From assembly GCA_026396275.1 (NCBI GenBank), contig JAPLXC010000007.1:37084-101083 (forward strand): a DNA stretch of 64,000 bases, in the 5' to 3' direction. A model generated the notes under the pieces. That model saw nothing but the letters and a program-made list of their open reading frames with translations. It was not told the origin of the DNA and searched no databases. The position numbers and the translations under genes are program-made. The stretch is from Candidatus Moraniibacteriota bacterium (GTDB taxonomy: Bacteria > Patescibacteriota > Minisyncoccia > Moranbacterales > JAPLXC01). Of this stretch, positions 28,515-37,044 are shown in pieces. Within the stretch, counting starts at the first letter, position 1. Every line of letters begins with the position of its first letter.

Positions 28515-29108
28515 TTACAAATTTTTGATTTCCTCTACGATTTCCGGGAAGTGTTCTTGGTTGAAATGCTGGCGGTCTTCAAAAATATGCGCTTTAACAC
28601 TTGGTAAATCTTTCTTATATCTTTCAACTTCATTAAAAGGCACAATTGGATCATCCTTGCTTTGATACAAATGAATTATTGGGCATTGCTTTTCAACTCC
28701 TTCGAGCGATTTTTTAAAAACAAAATCACTAATCTCATGGGTTTCTGAATGTGGCGGAGCTACCAAAAAAAGAGCTTTTATTTTTTTAGGAAATTCGTTT
28801 TCAGATAAATATTTAACCAGAAAGATGCCTCCTTGCGAATGTCCGATTAAAATCGGTTCACTTTCCATAAATGGAAACATTCTTTTAAACCATATTTTCC
28901 ATTCCTCATACCTGGCATTATTTGAATTGGGCATACGGGGCGCAAGCACTTGGAATTCTCCTCCCAATTCCGATTGCAGGTGAATTTTCCAATCTTTTTT
29001 GGGCAGAAATGATTCAATCGTTACTTCCTGATTTTTAAGATCATCCAAAAATTTTTTGTACGAATCAAACGAACTTCCGCCATGTATAATAATAACTTGT
29101 TGTTTCAT
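28515..29108 (-). CDS. alpha/beta hydrolase, YdeN/RBBP9-like (second, divergent paralog)
   Basis: VIIIHGGSS ... LIGHSQGG. Confidence 0.6.
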   Translation of the reverse strand: MKQQVIIIHGGSSFDSYKKFLDDLKNQEVTIESFLPKKDWKIHLQSELGGEFQVLAPRMPNSNNARYEEWKIWFKRMFPFMESEPILIGHSQGGIFLVKYLSENEFPKKIKALFLVAPPHSETHEISDFVFKKSLEGVEKQCPIIHLYQSKDDPIVPFNEVERYKKDLPSVKAHIFEDRQHFNQEHFPEIVEEIKNL

Positions 29109-29273
29109 ACTGTAAATTTTTTACTTTCTCTAATCCCATCCTTCGCCATAAAGCTTCCACCGACGCCAAGGCTTTGGCGGACAAGTCGGAAGGACATGCC
29201 TAATTATTTACTTCTATAATCTCTAATCACCCCGTAAAATCCGCGGCGGATAACGGGGCAAGCCAACCCTCCC

Positions 29274-29293
29274 CCCAGTTAAATAATACTTCC
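29274..29293 (+). repeat. 20-nt direct repeat cccagttaaataatacttcc (copy 1)
   Basis: Exact second copy at 29905..29924; the pair brackets gene 29327..29806. Confidence 0.7.
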
Positions 29294-29326
29294 GCAAATT
29301 AGCGGGACAGGCATTCAGGGTAAAAT

Positions 29327-29806
29327 CTAAATTTGCCGGGTTTTCAGATTTTGATACTCTAAGTAAGTTAATGTTACGACAAAAATGTCCAAAATGGTTA
29401 AGACAATCAGCCAGGCAGAATGAGAAATTGAATAGCGATACATCTGGTAGAAAATAAATATTCCAAATACGGCGATTGCGAGCGGATAAGCCCACAATTT
29501 TTTTCTAAAAAGGGCGGCAATCAGAAATATTTTTATGAGCCCGTGGCTCAAGAGGAACAAACCTCCAAAAATTTGGCTGCTCACGGAAAAGCCGCGGGCC
29601 GCGTGAACCAGAAAATTGGCAAAGAGGTCTTTCGGATCCTCGCTTAATTCGTTTTGAGTAAGGAGTCTTACCAAATAGTTAAGGGTTTCAGGGCGAATGA
29701 AAAACAGCAGTATTCCGCCGATAATTTCCAAAATTCCATTCAGCCCTTTAAGAAGGATGCCGACCCGAAACGTGTCATGGATTACCTTGGCATACATTTT
29801 ATCCAT
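29327..29806 (-). CDS. hypothetical membrane protein (DUF2127-like)
   Basis: 159 aa, 4 TM helices. Confidence 0.45.
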   Translation of the reverse strand: MDKMYAKVIHDTFRVGILLKGLNGILEIIGGILLFFIRPETLNYLVRLLTQNELSEDPKDLFANFLVHAARGFSVSSQIFGGLFLLSHGLIKIFLIAALFRKKLWAYPLAIAVFGIFIFYQMYRYSISHSAWLIVLTILDIFVVTLTYLEYQNLKTRQI

Positions 29807-29904
29807 GAATAAAGTATAAATTCTTTACCGCAAAAACACCAGCCACTAACCACTTCCCAACATCGTACGCCAAGAAATAAAAACTAAGGGGCAGGCGGGG
29901 TAAA

Positions 29905-29924
29905 CCCAGTTAAATAATACTTCC
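29905..29924 (+). repeat. 20-nt direct repeat cccagttaaataatacttcc (copy 2)
   Basis: See 29274..29293. Confidence 0.7.
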
Positions 29925-29926
29925 TT

Positions 29927-31105
29927 TTATTTTTCAAACAATTTTAAGTATCCAGAAAACACAAATAACCGGTTTCTTTTAAATCCGGTGATTTCTTTAA
30001 AAATCCCGATCTTTTCAAATTGTTTGACCAGCGTGCTTGCTGAAGGATGAGTTATTTGTAATCTTTTAGCTATCTGTTTAGTGTTTAAGATGGGCTGAGA
30101 ATACAAATGTTTCAGCAGTTCTTGTCCTATTTTTGCTCTTTTACCAAGAGACATAATTTTTTGTTCGGATTGATGTCTAAGAGCAATAATTTTTTCAAAC
30201 GTCAATTTGCCGTTTTTTGCCGTTTCCGCAACACCAACCAAAAAAAACTTGATCCAGTGTTCCAAGTCATTTGAAGTTCTCACAACGGTAAGCGCATCGT
30301 AATAAGCACCTTTGTTTCTTTCAAAGAAATCCGATAAATATAGCGTTGGTTTTGAGAGAATCCTCTGTGACACAAGATAGAGAGTAATAAGTAATCGGCC
30401 AATGCGACCATTGCCATCTAAAAATGGATGTATGGTTTCAAATTGATAATGACTAATAGCAATCTTAATCAGGTGAGGCATATCAATTTTCTTATTATGC
30501 CAAAACTTTTCTAAGTCGCTAAGCAAATACGGCATTTCATTGGGATGCGGCGGAATGAATACGGCGTCTTTCAATGTTGCGCCGCCAATCCAGTTTTGAC
30601 TGGTGCGTATTTCTCCGGAATCTTTATGTTTGCCGCGAACACCAGTTAATAAAATCTTATGAGTATCTTTAAGAAGTCGCATTGAAAGCGGAAGTTTTTC
30701 TAATTCAGCAATTGCATAATCCATTGCCTTTGTATAATTTTGAACTTCTGCCCAATCATCTCTTCTTTCGGGATTGATTTCTTCTTTAGGTAAAAGCGCC
30801 TCATCCATTCCCGTTTTAGTCCCTTCAATTCTACTGGACGTTGTTGCCTCTTTGAAAACATGCATGCGGATAAAAAAATCCACATCAGGCACAAGTAAAG
30901 AATAAGCATTCAATTCTCCCAGGTATCGTGTCGCTTCTTCAAGCAATACGTCAATCTTAGGGTCCAACCATTTAAAAGCCACATTGATCAGAGACGGGGA
31001 AAAACTTTTATATTCATATTGCTGTTTATATACGCCTGACTTAAATGTTGTATTTTTCATAATAATTGACTTTACATAAGAATATTTATATTTAAAGTTT
31101 AGCAC
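29927..31105 (-). CDS. Fic family protein (Fic/DOC domain with C-terminal winged helix)
   Basis: [14 protein letters not shown] Fic motif. Confidence 0.85.
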   Translation of the reverse strand: MLNFKYKYSYVKSIIMKNTTFKSGVYKQQYEYKSFSPSLINVAFKWLDPKIDVLLEEATRYLGELNAYSLLVPDVDFFIRMHVFKEATTSSRIEGTKTGMDEALLPKEEINPERRDDWAEVQNYTKAMDYAIAELEKLPLSMRLLKDTHKILLTGVRGKHKDSGEIRTSQNWIGGATLKDAVFIPPHPNEMPYLLSDLEKFWHNKKIDMPHLIKIAISHYQFETIHPFLDGNGRIGRLLITLYLVSQRILSKPTLYLSDFFERNKGAYYDALTVVRTSNDLEHWIKFFLVGVAETAKNGKLTFEKIIALRHQSEQKIMSLGKRAKIGQELLKHLYSQPILNTKQIAKRLQITHPSASTLVKQFEKIGIFKEITGFKRNRLFVFSGYLKLFEK

Positions 31106-31344
31106 CTAACTTTACATATGTCAATTCATGTTAAAAGTTGGATTGTGGATAAAAGCGGGCAACCGCCTGCCTGCCCGCTTCGCAGTGAGGCGACCAGGCC
31201 TCGTAAAATTGACACCATAACGGGGTAAACAATCCATATCAGACGCTATATTATCCGGTAAAATCACGTGTTCAAAATACCAAACTATATCACCTAGTAA
31301 TTGCGGGTAATTACGAATTTTATGACGCCTTCTTTACGAATCTA

Positions 31345-31722
31345 TCAAAAATCATCCTCGCTTTTTTCATGAAAATATTTAAACCTCAATTCGCTGTAGC
31401 GCGGGTCGCTGACTATCTTATTAATTTTTTTTGATGTGTGTTTAATCTGAACATACAAGTCGCGCAATTCTTTTTCCATAGCCGCGATGAGATTTTTGCC
31501 GGTTTTCAGTTCAACGTAATTAAGCTTTTTTCTCATTTCAAAATCGGCCTGCTCCTTTTTTACCCTTTCAAGAATCCGCTTCTTTTCCGTATACTCTTTT
31601 TTGAGCGCAAGATACGCGCCGATCTCCATTTTTACGGCCTCTAGCTCCTCACGAAATTCCTCGTCGCCTTTTTCGCTTTTTTCACCAGCCGGAAACTGGA
31701 AATTTTCTAATTTTTGAGCCAT
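31345..31722 (-). CDS. hypothetical helical protein (downstream of AbrB/MazE-like gene)
   Basis: 125 aa, charged coiled-coil-like. Confidence 0.4.
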   Translation of the reverse strand: MAQKLENFQFPAGEKSEKGDEEFREELEAVKMEIGAYLALKKEYTEKKRILERVKKEQADFEMRKKLNYVELKTGKNLIAAMEKELRDLYVQIKHTSKKINKIVSDPRYSELRFKYFHEKSEDDF

Positions 31723-31749
31723 AAATTTACTTCTTCCAATCTTTAATCA

Positions 31750-31785
31750 CAATCCTGCCTCTAAACGCGCAATAATCGCGCAAGA
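31750..31785. promoter_or_regulatory. three direct CGCGCAA repeats at 11-nt spacing (iteron-like)
   Basis: aacgcgcaataatcgcgcaagaaatcgcgcaatag. Confidence 0.4.
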
Positions 31786-31799
31786 AATCGCGCAATAGT

Positions 31800-31976
31800 T
31801 TATCTATTTTTATTCCTATAATCCCTAATAACAATTCCTCCCTTAATCCTTTTCACCCTCACTCGCTGTTTTTCCTTCCAGCCGAGCGCATCGGTCATCT
31901 CTTTAGGTAAAGTCGTGGCCAAGCTCGTTTTGCCCAGCCGCACCAATTTTCTCGTGTTTTTGTCCTTTAATTTCAT
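31800..31976 (-). CDS. AbrB/MazE/SpoVT-family DNA-binding protein (antitoxin-like), 58 aa, unannotated
   Basis: MKLKDKNTRKLVRLGKTSLATTLPKEMTDALGWKEKQRVRVKRIKGGIVIRDYRNKNR: swapped-hairpin signature (VRLGKT.L..P......LG...G..V.V); palindrome atatacttaagtatat in its leader. Confidence 0.55.
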   Translation of the reverse strand: MKLKDKNTRKLVRLGKTSLATTLPKEMTDALGWKEKQRVRVKRIKGGIVIRDYRNKNR

Positions 31977-31982
31977 AGGCGA

Positions 31983-31998
31983 ATATACTTAAGTATAT
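31983..31998. promoter_or_regulatory. perfect 16-bp palindrome atatacttaagtatat between promoter and AbrB-like start: candidate operator
   Basis: Seen directly. Confidence 0.5.
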
Positions 31999-32016
31999 AC
32001 TTGGGTATATACCTCC

Positions 32017-32052
32017 ATCCTACGCCAAAAAGGCCTGGAAATCAAATAAAAA
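32017..32052 (-). promoter_or_regulatory. 36-nt exact repeat containing sigma70-like promoter on minus strand (TTGATT-17-TAGGAT), copy 1
   Basis: atcctacgccaaaaaggcctggaaatcaaataaaaa; identical copy at 32536..32571. Confidence 0.5.
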
Positions 32053-32137
32053 ACGGCGGGAGTTTGCGCCGTGAAAATCGGTTTGCCCGCGCCTCTTTTT
32101 TTCAAACAAAAACCCTGCCTCAATAATTGGGCAGGGC

Positions 32138-32365
32138 TTAGATGTTCATCCAGTGTTTCAGCAGGTACATATTTTCTTTAATTGAAATAGCAAGATAAAA
32201 CAGTAGAAAAGCTATGAGTATGGCAGTGTAATAAATCTCTTTGCGCTTTCGTGCCGCGGCATCAATCCGGCAACCCGTCTCAATGGCAAAAATACCCAGG
32301 CCGCAAATGACGACTTTGCCAAAGATGACGCCTCCCAATCCCCACAGTTCGTAATAAATTCCCAA
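32138..32365 (-). CDS. possible small membrane protein (TTG start; weak)
   Basis: 75 aa with two hydrophobic segments; no ATG start; downstream of second promoter copy. Confidence 0.2.
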   Translation of the reverse strand: MGIYYELWGLGGVIFGKVVICGLGIFAIETGCRIDAAARKRKEIYYTAILIAFLLFYLAISIKENMYLLKHWMNI

Positions 32366-32392
32366 GACAGGGCCCTTTTCTGCCGCTCCTCC

Positions 32393-32473
32393 TCATCCTG
32401 ACTGAATGACTAAAACAGTATAAACCAGATCAACAAAACAAAGCAGCAAGAAACACATCGCCAATCTACTCAC
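32393..32473 (-). CDS. possible 26-aa hydrophobic peptide (GTG start, strong SD aaaggaggtgg)
   Basis: MSRLAMCFLLLCFVDLVYTVLVIQSG; SD 5 nt upstream of GTG. Confidence 0.25.
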   Translation of the reverse strand: MSRLAMCFLLLCFVDLVYTVLVIQSG

Positions 32474-32535
32474 CTAAACCACCTCCTTTAAAGAACTGTC
32501 CTTTTATTCATCTTAGCTTCTTTTCAGACACTTAT

Positions 32536-32571
32536 ATCCTACGCCAAAAAGGCCTGGAAATCAAATAAAAA
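32536..32571 (-). promoter_or_regulatory. 36-nt exact repeat / promoter copy 2
   Basis: Identical to 32017..32052. Confidence 0.5.
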
Positions 32572-32634
32572 GCAGATGCTAATTATTTTTATTGTGATAA
32601 AAAAATACCCTAAACACCATGCTGGCATTTAGGG

Positions 32635-33219
32635 TTAAAAGAGGGTTAATATTTTTCTAAAAAAGGACTTTTTTTCTTTGGCAGTTCTCTGCCCTTCTTT
32701 TTTAACATCAACAATCTGCCCATATCCGATTTCTTTGAAATAAGCGATAGCCGTGGACTGGCCTAATATGCCATGAACCATCCTTTCCCTTGCTACACAG
32801 TATTTTGATTTAACTGTGCCAATGAAATTATTGGCACTTATTTTCCGGGAAAATTCTAAGGAAAATTCATTGTTGAACACAGTAAGCAAGGCTTCGATAT
32901 ATGCCAATAAGTAGGAACTACTATCGAAAGAAATCCCGTTTTTCGCAATTAAGTTTCTCTGCTCCAAGGATAACCCCATCTCTTCTAGATATGATATTAT
33001 CTCTTCTTTGTCCTGATCTGATATTTTGCAATCCCCGCTCATGATTGGAAAATCGAAACGCACAGACACATTGCATTCAAAAACAATGAGTCTGATCTCC
33101 TGTTTACCTATCCGCTTTGATAATTTCACTAAGTTGAACTGCATGGCATTCCTCCTTTCATAAAAAATTTCAAATAACTGCTGAAAACAGAATATATCAC
33201 AGTTTTTATTTTTTGTCAA
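32635..33219 (-). CDS. hypothetical protein
   Basis: 194 aa (likely starts at internal MQFNLVKL); hairpin terminator ccctaaa...tttaggg downstream. Confidence 0.4.
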   Translation of the reverse strand: MTKNKNCDIFCFQQLFEIFYERRNAMQFNLVKLSKRIGKQEIRLIVFECNVSVRFDFPIMSGDCKISDQDKEEIISYLEEMGLSLEQRNLIAKNGISFDSSSYLLAYIEALLTVFNNEFSLEFSRKISANNFIGTVKSKYCVARERMVHGILGQSTAIAYFKEIGYGQIVDVKKEGQRTAKEKKSFFRKILTLF

Positions 33220-33386
33220 TCAAAAGCACCGTCCGAATTTGCATCACGATTTGGACTTTTTATATTTTTATCCTAAGCTAAAAGTTTTTCTTTAATGAAA
33301 TTGGAAAAAAGATTTAAAAATAAAAAGAGAGATCGGCCGATCTCTCTAAAGGATAAAAGAATAAATGGAAGAATTACCCCGGAAAA

Positions 33387-36300
33387 TTAGGGTGATTTTT
33401 TTCGAAATCCGGTTCCGGCGGGAATGAGCCGTCCGATGATGACGTTTTCTTTCAACCCCCGCAACCGGTCTTCCTTGCCGATAACCGCGGCGTTGATGAG
33501 AACGCGCGCCGTTTCTTGAAAAGACGCCGCCGAAAGAAATGATTCAGTGGAAAGTGCCACTTTGGTAATGCCCATAATTATCTGTTCGCCTTTGGCTGCT
33601 GCGCCTCCGGTTTTCTTTATTTCCCTGTTGGCCTCTTCAAACTGATCTTTTTCCACAATGTCTCCCGGCAGCAGTTCAGTGTCTCCCGGGTCAAGAATTT
33701 TAATCCGACTCAACATCTGGCGGATGATAACCTCAATGTGCTTGTCGTTAATTCCTTCACCCTGGGAAGCATAAATTTCCTGAATTTCCCGGGTGATATA
33801 GCGCTGCACCTCTTCTCTTCCCAGCAGGTGGTAAAGTTTCTTAAGATCAATATTTCCCGCGTTGATCAAGGCGCCTTTGGCAATTGCCTGCCCTTTCTTC
33901 ACTAAAAGAGTTAACTCCGCCGGCACCGCATATTCCCGAATATCTTTTTTCTTGCCCTCGGTCTCGATTATAACAGTTATGGTTTTGTGATTTTTATTGT
34001 TAATATCCGCCACCTTTCCGTCCACTTCGGAAATAAGGCCTTCTCCCTTGGGCGGGCGGGCTTCAAATATTTCCTCCACCCGGGGAAGACCCTGGGTGAT
34101 GTCGGTTCCGGCCACTCCCCCGATATGGAAGGTTCTCATAGTGAGCTGGGTTCCCGGTTCTCCAATAGCCTGGGCGGCCACAATTCCGACGGCCTGGCCC
34201 AAGTGGACTACTTCATTTCTTCCCAGATCAATGCCGTAACATTTCTGGCATACTCCGCGCTTCGTCTTGCAGGTTATCACGCTGCGAATTTTCACCTTTT
34301 CAATATTAAGGCCTTCGATTTTTTTGGCATCTTCGCGGCTAATCAGGATATCTTTCCCGACAATTACTTTTTTGCCTTTGGGATCAGTGATGTCCTCAAT
34401 GGTCACTCTTCCCTCAACGCGGGCGGCAAAACTTTGCCCGATTTTATCGGAATCGGCTTTGTAAAGATAAGATCCTTCTTTGTCTTTGCAATCCTCTTCC
34501 CGGACAATCACGTCTTGAGCCACATCCACCAGGCGGCGGGTGAGATATCCGGCGGTGGAAGTACGGAGAGCCGTGTCGGCCATTCCCTTCCGGGCGCCGT
34601 GGGTGGAAATAAAATATTCAAGCACGTTGAATCCTTCTTTGAAAGAACTCTTCACGGGAAGTTCAATGGTCTCCCCGGTGGGACCGGCCACCAATCCTTT
34701 CATTCCCGTCATCTGCACTACCACCGATTCGCTTCCCCGGGCCTTGGAATGGATCATGAAATGAACCGCCCCTTCTTTATCCAGAGAATTACGAACCGCT
34801 TCCGCGATTTTATTCTTGGCTTCGTTCCAGACCTCGATCACCCGGTTCTTTCTTTCTTCTTCAGTCAGCAGTCCCATATTGTACTGCTGATTAATCGTTG
34901 CCACACTTTGCTCGGCCTGAGCCAGCACTGCTTTTTTCTCTTCCGGAACTTTCAAATCATCCATTCCCCAGCTGATGCCGGAACAGGTAACTGCCTGGAA
35001 GCCCAGATTTTTAATCCGGTCAATGTAATAAGCCGTTTTTTCCTGCCCAATTTCCTGGAGTAATCTAGCCACCAATCCCTTAAGTTCTTTCTTGGTCATT
35101 TCCTCATTAATGAAGCGCAACTGTTCGGGAAGGGCGTCGTTCAGGAGAACTCTGCCCACCGTTGTTTCAATAATCTTTTCGTTGAGCAACAGTTTTACTT
35201 GAGCATTAACTCTTACTATTCCCAGCTGATAAGCGTGAATGGCTTCTTCTTCCGAAGAGAATGCTTTTCCTTCTCCCTTTACGCCTTTTTTAATATGAGT
35301 GAGGTAATAAATTCCCAGTACCACATCCTGGGAAGGAACGGTGATGGGCTCACCGGTAGCGGGCTTAAGCAAGTTTTTAGTTGAAAGCATTATCTGGGAA
35401 CTTTCTTCCCGGGCCTGATCGGTAAGAGGAACGTGAACGGCCATTTGGTCGCCGTCAAAGTCAGCATTAAAGGCGGCGCACACCATCGGATGAATCTGAA
35501 TGGCTTTCCCTTCAATGAGCACCGGCTGGAAGGCCTGGATGGAAAGGCGGTGCAGAGTCGGCGCCCGGTTGAGGAGCACGTAGTGGCGTTCGATAATCTC
35601 ATCCAGAATTTCATAGGCCTCTTCGGCTTCAGCGTCCACCATTCTCCCGGCGGTGCGGACGTTGTGAGCGTATTCTTTTTCAATGAGTTGGTTAATGATA
35701 AATGGTTTGAATAGTTCAAGGGCCATTTTTTTCGGCAGCCCGGCTTGATGCAGTTTGAGCTGCGGTCCTACTATAATCACGCTCCGACCGGAGTAATCAA
35801 CTCTTTTTCCCAGTAGGTTCTGGCGAAAGCGTCCCTGTTTGCCTTTGAGAGAATCCGCCAGTGACCGGAGTGGCCGGCGCTGTCCGGTGGAGGCAGCCAC
35901 AGCCATCTGGCGCCGGCGGGCGCTATTGTCAAAAAGAGCGTCTACTGCTTCCTGCAGCATCCGTTTTTCATTGCGGGTAATTACTTCCGGAGCTCCCAAG
36001 TCAATGAGTTTTTTGAGACGATTGTTACGGTTGATAATCCGCCGGTAGAGATCGTTAAGGTCGGAAGTGGCAAAGCGGCCGCCATCAAGTGCAACCATTG
36101 GGCGAAGGTCGGGAGGAATGACTGGAATAACAATTGGCAGCATCCATTCAAGACGCAGTTTGGCTTTTTTAAACCCTTGAAAAAGTTTCAAGCGTTTGAG
36201 AAATTTTTTCCGATCGGTTATCTCTTCAGATTCCAACTCTTTCTTGAGGCGCTGGATCTGATCATCAACATTCATTTTCTCCAGAACCCGGCGGACAGCT

Positions 36301-36977
36301 TCAGCTCCAATGCCGGCGGAAAACACCTGGCCAAAACGGCTGGAAAGATTGAAATACTCCAGCTCCGAAAGAATCTGAAGGGAATGAAGACCCCTGAGCT
36401 CCTCCCGGGCGGAGCGGTAAATTTCTTTTAGCTCCTCCAAAAGTTTTTCGGGTGATCCGTCTTGAGTTAATTTTCCGCTCTTAATCTCTTTTTGCTTGGC
36501 TTTGTACTCATTGTCCAGCTGTTCCAGAGCCCGGGTGCGAGCCCCCTCGTCTAATTCCATAATTAGGTAGGCAGAAAAGTAGACAACTTTTTCAATATCC
36601 TGAAGCGATATTCCCAGAGCCAGTCCTATCTTGGAAGGAACCCCCCGCAAAAACCAGATATGCGAAACCGGAACAGCCAGCTTGATATGGCCCATCCGCT
36701 CTCGGCGCACAATCGAACGGGTTACTTCCACGCCGCACTTATCGCAGACAATGCCTTTATAGCGGATGCGTTTGTATTTGCCGCAATAACATTCCCAGTC
36801 CTTCGAAGGACCGAAAATCTTTTCGCAAAACAGTCCGTCCTTTTCATACCGCTGGGTGCGGTAATTGATGGTCTCTGGCTTGGTTACTTCTCCGTGAGAC
36901 CAGGTCAATATTTTGTCGGGACTGGCCAGTTTCAGCTGAACGCTGTTAAAATCGCTTACTCTGATAATGTTTTCCAT
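33387..36977 (-). CDS. rpoC: DNA-directed RNA polymerase subunit beta'
   Basis: [14 protein letters not shown] catalytic motif, zinc-binding Cys cluster at N-terminus, 1196 aa. Confidence 0.97.
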   Translation of the reverse strand: MENIIRVSDFNSVQLKLASPDKILTWSHGEVTKPETINYRTQRYEKDGLFCEKIFGPSKDWECYCGKYKRIRYKGIVCDKCGVEVTRSIVRRERMGHIKLAVPVSHIWFLRGVPSKIGLALGISLQDIEKVVYFSAYLIMELDEGARTRALEQLDNEYKAKQKEIKSGKLTQDGSPEKLLEELKEIYRSAREELRGLHSLQILSELEYFNLSSRFGQVFSAGIGAEAVRRVLEKMNVDDQIQRLKKELESEEITDRKKFLKRLKLFQGFKKAKLRLEWMLPIVIPVIPPDLRPMVALDGGRFATSDLNDLYRRIINRNNRLKKLIDLGAPEVITRNEKRMLQEAVDALFDNSARRRQMAVAASTGQRRPLRSLADSLKGKQGRFRQNLLGKRVDYSGRSVIIVGPQLKLHQAGLPKKMALELFKPFIINQLIEKEYAHNVRTAGRMVDAEAEEAYEILDEIIERHYVLLNRAPTLHRLSIQAFQPVLIEGKAIQIHPMVCAAFNADFDGDQMAVHVPLTDQAREESSQIMLSTKNLLKPATGEPITVPSQDVVLGIYYLTHIKKGVKGEGKAFSSEEEAIHAYQLGIVRVNAQVKLLLNEKIIETTVGRVLLNDALPEQLRFINEEMTKKELKGLVARLLQEIGQEKTAYYIDRIKNLGFQAVTCSGISWGMDDLKVPEEKKAVLAQAEQSVATINQQYNMGLLTEEERKNRVIEVWNEAKNKIAEAVRNSLDKEGAVHFMIHSKARGSESVVVQMTGMKGLVAGPTGETIELPVKSSFKEGFNVLEYFISTHGARKGMADTALRTSTAGYLTRRLVDVAQDVIVREEDCKDKEGSYLYKADSDKIGQSFAARVEGRVTIEDITDPKGKKVIVGKDILISREDAKKIEGLNIEKVKIRSVITCKTKRGVCQKCYGIDLGRNEVVHLGQAVGIVAAQAIGEPGTQLTMRTFHIGGVAGTDITQGLPRVEEIFEARPPKGEGLISEVDGKVADINNKNHKTITVIIETEGKKKDIREYAVPAELTLLVKKGQAIAKGALINAGNIDLKKLYHLLGREEVQRYITREIQEIYASQGEGINDKHIEVIIRQMLSRIKILDPGDTELLPGDIVEKDQFEEANREIKKTGGAAAKGEQIIMGITKVALSTESFLSAASFQETARVLINAAVIGKEDRLRGLKENVIIGRLIPAGTGFRKKSP

Positions 36978-37044
36978 AAATTATAGAATATATTAAGGTA
37001 TATTTTTCAGTGGTATCTTTTTCATTCTTGAATAATAGGCTGTT

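Noticed and set aside
33987-36986. Multiple plus-strand ORFs (up to 358 aa) inside rpoC
   Set aside because: Antisense to rpoC; Gly/Ser/Pro-rich low-complexity translations typical of shadow frames.
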